From positions 5,831,684 to 5,895,683 of the forward strand of contig MU061814.1 in the NCBI GenBank assembly GCA_013265495.1: a stretch of DNA of 64,000 bases, given 5' to 3'. Shown piece by piece: positions 26,100 to 37,166 of this stretch (its first letter is position 1; every line of letters begins with the position of its first letter). Made by a program: the position numbers and the translations under genes. The notes beneath the pieces were generated by a model. That model worked only from the letters and a program-made list of their open reading frames with translations. It was not told the DNA's origin and searched no databases. This DNA is from Vicugna vicugna (lineage: Eukaryota).

Positions 26100-26780
26100 G
26101 TCCAGGAGACATTGCTCCACTCGGGTGATTTGCTGTCCATTGGTCACCTGTCCACACGCAGACTGTAGAATCAAAGGCTCACCTGCGCACCCTCCCCATC
26201 CCACACCAGAGCCCACTCACACACATACCAGGCAGCATCGGACACCTGACCCCACCACACCCATGCCCTGGGCTCTCCCTCTGCCTCCCACCCCCACCCT
26301 TCTCAGAGACAACAGTACCCCCGACCAGGCTCACAGCCCCCAGTCAGAGGTCCTCCCTCCCAAGAGCTCACCTCAGCCGTCCCATCCATTGTGCCCCGAC
26401 TGTGTCACAGCTGTCCAACCCCCATTCCTGCCACCTGTGGCCCCCACCAACACTAAGACCACAGGAAGAGCGCCTGCTCCCCTCCTGCCTATTTCTGGGC
26501 CTCACCAAGCCAGCTTCCCTGCCCCAGGCCCTTTGCACCTTCTCCTCCACCACCTGGAATGTTCTTCTGCCAGCACGTCTGTCACAAGGCTGCCTCCTCC
26601 TCCTGTCCAGGATTTACCTTCAACATCACCGTCTCTGAGAGGTTGCCCAGCCCCCAACTCTCTTCAGTTTCTCTCCTGGGGCCTCGACCCTCCTAGCACC
26701 AGCACCCTCCTCGCCCACTCTGTTCACAGGCCCCCAAGTGCACGGCCAGAGCCCACACACAGCAGTGCCCTCAGCTCGAA
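26100..26780 (+). mobile_element. L2 3' region fragment (boundaries approximate)
   Basis: ggccctttgcaccttctcctccaccacctggaatgttcttc resembles the L2a motif ggcctttgcac...gcctggaatgctcttcc. Confidence 0.55.
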
Positions 26781-27074
26781 GGCGTATACCCACTGGACAG
26801 TTCAGGAGTAAGGAGCCAAGAAGTGGCCATGGACAGGAGACCTGTGTCCCAAGGAACGCAGAGGCTTCCAAAGGCCAGCCTGGAGGTCCCGAGACCAGGA
26901 GGGCACAGCTGGCCCCGGGGGGCCTGGCCACGTCTGAGCCCATGAGGTGGGAAATGCAGCTCATTAAAAACAAGGCTGCAGTTCCACAAGAAACGCTTGC
27001 GTGTCTCCGCACAGAAACCTGAACTGCCACATCCCACAGTCTGGGCACCGCAGACCGAGGCAGAGGGGCTCAGT

Positions 27075-27420
27075 CATCGGCAGATGAGTGGTGGACTTGG
27101 GGGCCCGTCCACGGCGGAGCGCGACTCAGCCTGAGGCGAGTGAAGCACCGACACCCGCCACAACCTGGATGGACCTTGGAAACACGATGCTCAGTGAGAG
27201 GACACAGACACGCCAGGCCACAGGGCATGCGACCTGCTCACATGAAAAGTCAAGAACACGGAATCCGGCTCCAGGGGCCAGAGGTGGGGAGACAGGGACC
27301 TACAGGGGCTGTGGCGCTTTATGGGGTGAGAAAAAGACACCTCACTGTGAACACACTGAATGCCACCAAACTGGTTGAAAATGGCTCCCTGTGTGTCCCG
27401 TGCACTTCACCTCAGGTACA
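27075..27420 (+). mobile_element. L1MB/L1MC-like 3' end fragment
   Basis: acaacctggatggaccttggaaacacgatgctcagtgagagga and the tail actgtgaacacactgaatgccac. Confidence 0.75.
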
Positions 27421-28759
27421 GGAAAGAGAACAGGCCAGGCCGCTGAGGCCTGAAGCAGCAGCCCAGCCCCGCCTGCCTGCCTGTGCCCGGCAGTGCCCCC
27501 CCACAACCTGGGCCCTGGGCCCCCCTGCGTCGGCACAGATTTGGGTGGGAAGAGCCACCACCTCCCCCCAGACAGGGGGGGTCTGTCCGGGAACAGTCCC
27601 AGCCCCCACCCCGTGAAGCCTCAGCACCAACACATGAGGTAGCCTCCTGCGGGGAGTGGGCAGCCACTGGCCAGTCGGTTTCCCGAGCTGGTGGCGGAGC
27701 ACCCCTCCCATGGTCTCCTCTGGGCTCTGTCCTCACAAGCCCCAGTCTCCCCTGACCCCGGCTCACTCTGGGGGCCCGTCCTTGGGTGTGTCTCCCTGGC
27801 CTGCCACACACGCCCCCGACACACGCACCTTTCAGGTCCCTCGATTGCCCTGCCCCGTCCGGAGCTGGCCTAACCAGACCAGCACGGCTGACTCCTGCCC
27901 CTGCAGGTCCCACAGCCCCGCCCTGCCGGGTCTCGGCCCCGCTGTGTGGAGCCTGCCCAGGAGCGGGGTAGGGAGGGGCTCCCCGAGGGCAGTACTGCTG
28001 TGGACAGGCCTCTGCGATCAGGATGCGATTACAGAGCTTGTAATTCACTGCGCAGACACCAGTTTTCAGGGGGTGCTCTTCCCCCAACAAGGGGGTCCGT
28101 GTGGGCCACACCCCTGGCATCTAACATCCCCTTCGTGAGCATAGGAACTCACGCAGGTGCTCAGGGCCCCCCGCAACAGCTCTGCTGACCCAGGGCCCCT
28201 CACAGACCTGCCTCCCCCATGTCAGTCTCCCCCAGACTCTTTCTGCAGACCCTCCTAGTGTTTCTCTGTCTGGCCCACCCCCCAGGCTCCCCAGCTCTTG
28301 GCTCACTGGTCCCCTAAACCACTCCCAGCGTTCTCTCAGTCTCCACTTACACGCTTCCAGCGACACAGGGCTCACCCATGGGCAGGACCTCGTTTTAACA
28401 ACCCCCTCCCAGGGCAGCCCTGGTCCTGACCCCGGGTGGCCGCCAGGCATGCTCTCACTCGGGGGCCTGCCCCAGGCCAGCACCCACTGCCGCCATCTGC
28501 TCCCCAGGTGTAAGCCAGCGAGGGCGCAGGGTGAGGGGTCGGGGACAGGCCACCTCGTCCCCTGCCCCAGGGAGCACCGGGAGCCCTGACGACAGAGGCA
28601 AAGCGAACACTCGCCCATGGGCGGCCCATCTGTTGCCACAGCACGTGGTTAACACAGAGGAGGACAGCAGAGTCTGAGTTTTGCCTCCTGTAAGGAAGGA
28701 GAGATGGGCACAGACGGTCGGAAACACATCGGAACAGACAAACGTTCCCCCTCGGGTTT

Positions 28760-28820
28760 TCCGCGTCTTCCCCGTTTCCTGCAGTGGACATGTATTATTT
28801 CCGAAATCAGAAAAGATAAT
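28760..28820 (+). mobile_element. L1ME/L1MC-like terminal tail fragment
   Basis: gacatgtattatttccgaaatcagaaaagataat resembles the old L1 3' terminus. Confidence 0.5.
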
Positions 28821-30025
28821 AGAGCACAACCGAGCATTCTCCTAAGAGCCATCGGTGCCCCCGCTCAGGCTGTGCAGTGCTGCCTGCCCATCGCCTGGGC
28901 CGAAACACATGCTTTCCGTGCACACAATATTAATTCAGCTCTCAGCTAATTAAACCGCACAGACCAGAGGGGACCATCTTGGAGAACCCTAATGAGGAGG
29001 GACGCGTCCTGGGAGCACAATGGCTGAGTCTGGAGATGGAGGAGTGGCCGTGCCCGGGTGTCGGCCCCGAGAGCCCCACCCTGTGCCAGCAGCAATGGGC
29101 CAAGCCCCAGCTCTCCCTGGGCCTGAGCCCCCACGGAGAGACGGCTGGGGGCTTGTGCTCAGGACCATGGCCAGTGCCCGGCATGGCCCTCCCCTGTGTC
29201 ACCCACCCGGTTACACGACCCGGCCCCCCGCCCCCACCCCTGCCACAGGCTGAGCTCCAAAACGCTCCCCCTTCCTGGGGCTCTGGGTCTGCCCTGCCCT
29301 CCTGCCGGGGGCCCTCCCGGGTGGTGCCACCACATCCCACACCAGGCTCACCTCTGGGGTGAACAGGCTTCTAACCCCCCATGGATGTGGCCAGGCTCCT
29401 GTGGTGACCTGTCCACTGACTGGACGCCTGGCTCAGGGCTCTGCACGGATCAGCCAAGTGCTCACCGCGGCTCCTCCCACTTCCACATCCCCTCCTGGTG
29501 ACCCAGCTTCCTCCCCTCAAAACCTGGGGTCCCAGGAGAAATAGGCCTTACCCTCCTACAAACCCTTCAAATATTTTTTTCCAAACCTGAATGGAAAAGC
29601 AAACTCAAAAGGTCAAGACTGAGGCTCTGTGGAGGAAAGGGCAGACCAGACAGGGCCTGGAGGAGGGTGGGGCCTGGGCAGGGGGCTGCTCGCAGCAGAC
29701 ACCAGAACCACCTGAAGGACACTCCCTGCGGGCGGCCGCCTCGGGCCCTGGGAGCTGTGACCCGCCGCCACCACCAGTGAGTAAGGGATCTCTGGACACA
29801 CTGTGTTTCCAATCGCTTCCAGCAGGACTTTCTGGAACCAATGCTGTTTGGTACATTTACAAAATTATTCCGGGTAATCCAAAAAATTAAAGACCTAATT
29901 TTATTCAAGCCAGTAACTGGTTGAGCCCAAAGATTCTCAGCTCTGAGCACGTCCCAGAGACAAAAGTCAGACTCAGGACTGAGAGCCTGGAACCCGGGCC
30001 CTTCCGCCCGCTCCCCCAAGTGGAG

Positions 30026-30068
30026 CCACCGCGGCCCCCAACCACCGCGGCCCCCAACCACCACGGCC
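30026..30068. repeat. 16-bp tandem repeat x2.7 (CCACCGCGGCCCCCAA)
   Basis: Units at 30026, 30042 and a partial unit at 30058. Confidence 0.85.
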
Positions 30069-33000
30069 TCTGCAAAGTGCTGCCGGAAAAGGCTCCGCCT
30101 GCCCGCCTGCACCCCCTCCCTTTGGCCAACTGCAGCTGCTGGGCAGTGGGGCTAAGGCTCTGCACAGCCGGTGGCTGGGGAGCAGTGAGAGCCCCATCAT
30201 GCATAGGTCACCTGCCCCGGACCAGGGGTCTCCCCACAGTGCTCGGGGCTGCTGAAGAAGGCGCAGCCCCCGCGCTGCACCAGCCAAGATGCAGAGCTGG
30301 CGGCCTCGCTCGCCAGCGCGCGGTCTCGGTTCGGTTACTGCACTGGCCCACCTGGGCCCCCCACCTCAGTGTCACGACACCTGGCAGGAGGCAAGTCATC
30401 GTCCCTGTTCTCCACTGGGCACCATCCTGCCCGTTCTCATGGGAACCCTTCTCCGTGACAGAACTCACACTTTGCCAAGCCCAGGCCTTCACAGGCAGGG
30501 ATGCTGGGGCCTGTGTCCCCCAAGGGCCCTGGCTGGCTGCAGAGGGAGCCACACAAGCTCACCAGCGTCGAGGTGGGGGACATGAGCCCTGCAGCCGCAC
30601 GAGGAACGCAGGTCCCAGAGCGGCCCAGCCAGGGCATGTGACCCTCGAGTGTCGGGTCCTGTTTCCTCCCAGATGAATTAATAGCATGGTGCATCCCAGC
30701 TTCAAGCAACAAAGACCCAGGTCCTCCCTCTCTAACTCCTGACCAGTCCGTTTGCTGACCAGCCCCTGGGCCCCTCCTTCCAACTCCGTGGCTGTGACTG
30801 TCTTAGCTCAGGTGAGGAACAGACAGGCCTCAGAAGTAGTGATCTCGCTGCCCCGAGCCTCTCCTGCAAGCACCCACCTCACCACAAGGGGTTTCAGGGG
30901 CTACATAACCCTCTTTTTCCTTCCTTGGTCCTGACCAAGCTGGCCTGGCCTTGCTGGCGGGGGGCCCGTGGCCACGCCACGAGGACGCCGCATGGAGCAG
31001 GTGAGGCCCGTTTCTGGAGGCCGCCAGAACTGTCAGCAAACCGCCGTTGGAAAGCACGGCGCAGATCCAGCCTTAGGGAAGGAGCAGCCCCACCGGCAGG
31101 CGACTCCCATGTGCAGGGACCCACATGGCACCAAGTCACCACACAACAGCTTAGGAGAGAGGGGGTGCTCATGGGGACATATCCCACGTGGAAATCTGAC
31201 GTCCCCTTTACGGTCTAGGGCACCCACTGGTACAACCTGCCCACAATGGTGGTTTTCAAGCCAAAACCATCCCGGCCTCCCTGCTCGGAGGTTCAGGATG
31301 CTGGGGCCGTGAGTCCATCAGCTGTGGACAGAAGGCCTCTCCCAAACCCAGGCAGCCATGGAGCAAGCGGTCTCCTTTAGGAAAACGGCCAGGCCCCCTG
31401 GGCAAACGCACAGCGTCAGACCGGGGCCCCGTGCCTAATCATGAGGTCCAGTTAACAGCAGCCCCAAACCTCTCCATCCAGGTCCCGCCACTGGCCAACT
31501 GGACTGAGAACTGGGTGGGGGCAGGCGGCCCAGGGTGTTGTCCAAGACGCACCAGCCTCCAACCGCCTTCGTCTGCCTTTCTCCCGACCGAGCCACAATC
31601 ACGCAGATGGGACGATAGCCAGAAGCCCCCCGAACACCACACACACCAAGCGTTGAGCGAGTCACAGGAGGCCAGCACGGAACTGTCCCCACGTCACAGA
31701 CGAGGAGATGCGGGCCCCAACTCGGAAGCACCGGTGGAGGCAGAGCCCGCGGCCCCCACCACTCACCATCCTCTGCCACACACGCCCTCTGAACCGTTTC
31801 CACTGGTTATACCCTCACATCGCACCTCGCGGGGGGCGTGGGAGTGAAGAGGTGACGTGTGTCACTGACGCGCACACCCAGCAACGTCCACCCAGGGAGC
31901 ACCTGGCTTACGCCTACGTTCATGCTCCAGAATGCTTCGCGCGTCCCACCTGCAAGGTAGCCTGGGCACCACTGTTTGTCATAACCAGATGTCGGCACAT
32001 GCAGTAACAAGATGCCAGCGTCCTCCTGATGCAGCATCCAGCCCAGAGTCCACCCACCAGCCTGGCCCGTCAACAGGCTCAGCCTGGCCTCTGGCCCCTC
32101 CCCTCCCGCCCGACCTCCAGGAGACTCTCAGGCGGCCCAGCACACCTGCTGCGTGTCCCTCCGCAATGTTCTGTAAAGAGGTTCATCTTCCATGTGGTCT
32201 CCCCTGCCTCCCCCACCTTCTCACCTTCCATAAAATGCCCAAGAAACCTCGTCCTCTGGACTCTGTTTCCTCTCCAGGGCGTCAGAATGTGCCTCCTGGG
32301 GGGTGGAGGCCAGCCTTGCGGCTCTCGGTGGCAGGGACTCAGGGCATCCTGTGAGTGACACTGATACACAGACATGCTGGGCCTCCGTGGACAGGCCGGA
32401 GTGCAGAATTGACAAGGTCTGAAGATCATTTACTGACCGAAGCGAGCTGGGGAAACACCACCTTGAACACTCTACCGACCACCGGACTCAGCCTGTGCTC
32501 TGGGAAGCGATTCGGTCTCTTCGAAAACGTTCCGGGACTTACGCCTCTTCAGAGGCTGTGCCCGCGCCGAAGGCCTGCTTCTGAGTCTCCACGGAGACCC
32601 GCTTTGATGTCTGACTGATTTCCAGTAAAACAGGCTCTCTCTGCTCCAGTCAAGAACAGGGGCTCTGACCTGCCCCGTTGCCTTGAAGACAAGAGACTGT
32701 CTGTGGGATTCGCTCCACAGTGTAATGAGACACAGTGACGAAGAAACAGTTCACGGTCGTGGGTGAGAAATCCGACAAGGAGGCCAAGGTCTCCAGACAG
32801 CCGGGACAGCCTGCTGAGCCCCGGTTTCCCCGGAAACCACACCCTCCCCCTGCTTTCACCTTTGGGGAAATTTCCGTATGTCTCTCCAATCAGCAGCCAC
32901 TTCCTCCCCGGGGCTGTAGGGAGGTCTGGGACCTGAAAGAAGGTGAGAATTCAGCCGTTCAGGCTCCAGTCCCCTGCTCGGAAGCAGAACACCCGTCGGC

Positions 33001-36000
33001 AGAGACCCTGGCCACTAGCCTGAGCCCACGCTCGCCCTCAGATGCGGTCAGACCAAGGAAAGAGCGGCCAGCACGGGGGTCCCGACTCCGCCTCCCATCC
33101 AGGCTTGCCTGCTGGGGGCAGAAGGTGAGCCGGGCTATGGGACCCACATGGGTCGTCCAAGGCCATGCAGGGGACTGGAGCAGGGCCCTGGGGCTCCAGG
33201 TCCCCATCCCACTGCCATGACCACAGCTGCCCAGCAGCCTCCAGCCATGGGCCCCCGATACGTCAGCCTCCAAAGACGCCCCTGGGTGACACCCGAGGAT
33301 GGAAAGGGCTTGACGGACCAGCCCGGGGTGGGGTGGGGGGCTCTCAAAGGCCGGCGGTCCAGGGGGCCCCAGCCTCCGGGGGTCAGCCCCACCCTCTGCT
33401 GTCACCATCACTTTCCATCTGGCCTACTTCAAACACGGTTTCATCCTGACAACTCAGAGTAGTTTTAGGATGTTGGAAACGTCAATTTATCTGCACCCCA
33501 AGCTGCGCCGCTGGGCAGAGACCCCTCTGGGCGCCAGTAGGCAAATCCGGAACTCGACCGTCTTGGCCTCGGTCTCCCCACAGCGAGCGAGGGCCAGCAA
33601 AGTGAGAGACGCCTGAGCCCCGCACACGGCAGGCCCAGAGCAGGTGTCGGTCCCTCTCCCACCTAACTTGAGACCCCCCTACCCCCGCCTCCGGGGATAG
33701 ACTGACTGCCGCTCCCAGCTCCCACCTGCGGGCTCTCAAAGGAGCCCCAAGGGCTCTCCTGGAGCAGGTGAGTAAACTAGGAGCCCCGTGTACCCAGACA
33801 CGCATACCTAGGATGGTCCGGGGCCTTTTCTGTAGGTCACATGCCCTTTGAGAAACTCATGAAAACCGCACCTAGAAAATTCTCTGTAAAGATGCCTGGT
33901 CCTGAGGTGCACAGACCCCCAGAGCCCAGACACCTGCCACGGAGTGTGAAGGGCGGGCAACGGGACCCTGAAATACACCCTTCCCCACCCCACGTGGCCC
34001 AGCTCCTCGAGACAGGGCTCCCACCACCACTGAGGACGCGAGCCTGTGCCCCAGAAGCCCACCCAGGTCTGGGTGCACACTCATGCAGGCTGGGGCCTGC
34101 CCCCCCCCCAGAGACGGCTTTGCCTCCAGCCTGGGCAGAGGAAAGAACCCTCCAGGGGCTGCAGGGCAGAGAGAGGTGGTCTGAGCTGTTTCGTCCCTGA
34201 CTCAGGGAAGTCTCCCATCTCCAGAAGGGCTTCTGGAGAAGCTCACAGGCGAGGGCGTGATGGCCGTGGCTCCATGCCCAGAGGCACGGCTGCGGAGACA
34301 GCCCCTTCCGCAAAGAGAGGAGGCCTGGTCTGATGCCCACCAAGCCTGGGGGCCACTGGGTGGCTGCCTCCTCCCCACTTCTGACAGCTGCTGCCCATGG
34401 ACCCACTGGGACACCCAGAGGGCCCGGCACATCTCCACCTTCCAGAAGCCAGGCTTTGGTGAGAAAGGCAGAGAAAGGGGGCCCAGGAGGGGCCCCCAGC
34501 CCTGGACTGTAGTCCCTGCCCCCACCAGCTTCCCCAGGCCCAGCTCAGGAGGGACTTGAACTTGCTTAATTAAGGAATCAACAAACCAACCGATTGATGC
34601 AGACGTGGGCCAGCCCATGCAGGGTGGGAGTGGAGGGTGCAGGTGCACAGGGGAGGCCACACCCTCTGGGACCAGCACAGGGGCAGTAGAGGCCTCCTGG
34701 GTTGGGTGGGCTGGACCTAGGGACAGTGGCCTGGGGAGCTGGGGCACAGCCAATGAGCAACAAGCAGGACAGAGATGTTGCTGTTCAGGGAGAGCCCCCA
34801 GGCCAGACCTGGGAGAGTGGAGACTCCACGTGGTTCACCTCCACAATGCCTTGGGGACAGGGGAGCTGTGCCCTGCTTACTGCCACTGGAGCCCCCCATG
34901 CAGCAGGCCCTTCTGTCCCGACTCAGGGACACCCAAGGAGGAGACAGCACAGACCCCACGCGCAAAGGCAGCTGCCTGATGCACGGCCCCACACACTCTG
35001 TCCTCGGTTCCAGGTGCTGCAGCCGTCAGGACGCAGGACACACAGGGAGGTGGACCACTCAGGCCCAGGCAGGGAGAGGCCACACAGACAGGACCCAGGA
35101 AAGGCTACCATCAGGGACATTCACACCCAAAGCACAACGAGTCCTCCAGCAGCCACGCCACAGGCCAGGCGGGGTGGGCTGTGGGGGCAGGCTCTGTCTA
35201 TGTACTGGAGGTCACCTCGGGCCAGGTCTTGCCTGACCAAGGAGACCCCTGAGCCCCAGCCAGGCAGGGCGGGAGGAGGCGGTAGGAAGGCCATGGATGA
35301 GGAGACACAGAGCTCTTTCAAGGATGCAGGGCACACCTGGGCATGCCTGCATGGGAAGAGCCAGGGCCACCTCCCGGGGGGCAGGCGGGAGCTGCCACCT
35401 TGGTGCCAGGGGAGCCCGTGCCTCTCGGAACTCCCAGGGTGGCTCAGCGCTGGGGCTGGGGACAGCGCCCAGGGCTGTGGTCGCTCCAGCACACCCACCC
35501 CGCCAGCAGCCTGGCGTTTCCCTCCTGGGTCTCCTCCCCCATTCCACACAAGGTCTGTCCAGAGCACACACTGGCAAGTCATAGGCACACTCAAGGGGCA
35601 CATACCCCCTCACCCCAGAGCGGGCACCAGGTCAGAGCCAGTTTCCCAGAATCCACCCCTCACTCCCATCCCAAAATGCCTCTTTCATACAAAATGGCCG
35701 AGTCCCGGTCCCAGTCTAGCTGGGATGGGAGAGAGCGCCTGCACGCTCAGAGGCTGTGCACGCCAACGGCACAGGGGCACACGCACATGCAGCGACTCCT
35801 GCACAGATGCCACACACACAAACACCCCTGTGCACACAACACCTGCCCGAGGCCACCAGCCCTGCCCCAGGAGCCGGGAGTTCCCTGAACACCCAGCCTG
35901 AGGACACTGACAGCCCCTTCTAAGGCCAGGGCTGGTGGGCCCCAGGACGGTGGCACCCCTCCTCCTGGAGGTCTGCTCTGCCAAGGAGGGGATCCAGAGC

Positions 36001-36723
36001 CCAGAATGTGCGCAAGGGTGTCAAGCATACACCTGGTCCCCAGCTGGCTGCTGCAGAGAGGGGTCAGGGCTGCACTGGGTGGAGGGGGGAGTGGGGGGTG
36101 CAGGCCTAGCCAGGGCTGGATGCAGGTACAGGGGGGCAGGATGGCCAACTAACTGCCTTTAGCTTAGGGCTCAGCAAGTAGGACCCCTCCCCCATGTCAG
36201 CAACCCAGTTCACCCCAGATGGAGAGTGAGAGGTTTGGGGGGATGGGGAAAGGTAGGCCAGCCCCTCCCCCACTCTTCCTTCCTTGGGGGAGCCCATGTA
36301 GAGGGGCCCCCCCAGGAGTCCGGCTCCAGTGGCAGGACAGGCAGCGCCGCCCTCCCTCCCAGGCTGGCCTTTGTTCGGTGCAGCGGCCGTGGGGAGGGGC
36401 CTCTCGGGCTGAGGAGGGGAGGCTGGGGCGCTGCACATCTCCCCATCCTGCGGGGGAGGGGCTGATGCAACCCAACCAGGCCGCGGGCGGGGGAGGGGGA
36501 CAGGCGCCCCTACCCCGACCTGAGCGCCAGACCCCAGAACTCCTTCTAGCCAGATATCTCCAAAGTCGCTCTCCAAACTCCTCCCTTCGCTTTAACCATG
36601 GGACCCCAGGCACACGGTGTGACCGTGTGACAGACGCGGGCCCTCATGGCCCGCGGCTGCGCGGCTGCGGGCCGCCAGCAGCCGACCTGCCCGGCGGTGC
36701 CGCACGACCCGCGCCCGCCGCCC

Positions 36724-37055
36724 NNNNNNNNNNNNNNNNNNNNNNNNNNNNNNNNNNNNNNNNNNNNNNNNNNNNNNNNNNNNNNNNNNNNNNNNNNNNN
36801 NNNNNNNNNNNNNNNNNNNNNNNNNNNNNNNNNNNNNNNNNNNNNNNNNNNNNNNNNNNNNNNNNNNNNNNNNNNNNNNNNNNNNNNNNNNNNNNNNNNN
36901 NNNNNNNNNNNNNNNNNNNNNNNNNNNNNNNNNNNNNNNNNNNNNNNNNNNNNNNNNNNNNNNNNNNNNNNNNNNNNNNNNNNNNNNNNNNNNNNNNNNN
37001 NNNNNNNNNNNNNNNNNNNNNNNNNNNNNNNNNNNNNNNNNNNNNNNNNNNNNNN
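36724..37055 (-). other. KCNQ2: 332-bp assembly gap inferred to contain KCNQ2 coding exon 1 (ATG and about 296 coding nt)
   Basis: N run. The right flank matches my recollection of the human KCNQ2 5'UTR up to about 25 nt before the start codon. Gap length fits that UTR remainder plus a 296-nt coding part and a few intron bases. Exon sequence itself is not visible. Confidence 0.8.
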
Positions 37056-37067
37056 GCGGGCACGGGC

Positions 37068-37133
37068 TCAGCGAGGGCGGTGCGTAGGGGGCGGCGCGGC
37101 CCCGAGCCCAGGTCCCCAGCCCGGGAGCCGCAT
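37068..37133 (-). other. Upstream ORF in KCNQ2 5'UTR (21 aa, MRLPGWGPGLGAAPPPTHRPR*)
   Basis: ATG at 37131-37133 in gccATGc context, 20 further sense codons, TGA at 37068-37070. Confidence 0.8.
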
Positions 37134-37139
37134 GGCCAA

Positions 37140-37166
37140 GGCGGCGGCGGCGGCGGCGGCGGCGGC
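37140..37166 (-). repeat. (GCC)9 trinucleotide repeat in KCNQ2 5'UTR
   Basis: Nine perfect GGC units on the + strand, ending 6 nt before the uORF ATG. Confidence 0.95.

Noticed and set aside
32560-32770. Possible L1ME fragment (also about 46980-47070)
   Set aside because: Similarity too weak to call by eye.
34702-35901. Longest ORF in the track (399 aa), and similar 200-300 aa ORFs (349-1155, 3328-4137, 25954-26811, 57069-57812, 59543-60268)
   Set aside because: Pro/Gly/Arg/Ala-rich, no recognisable domain, overlapping ORFs in all frames; expected from stop-codon scarcity in GC-rich intronic DNA.
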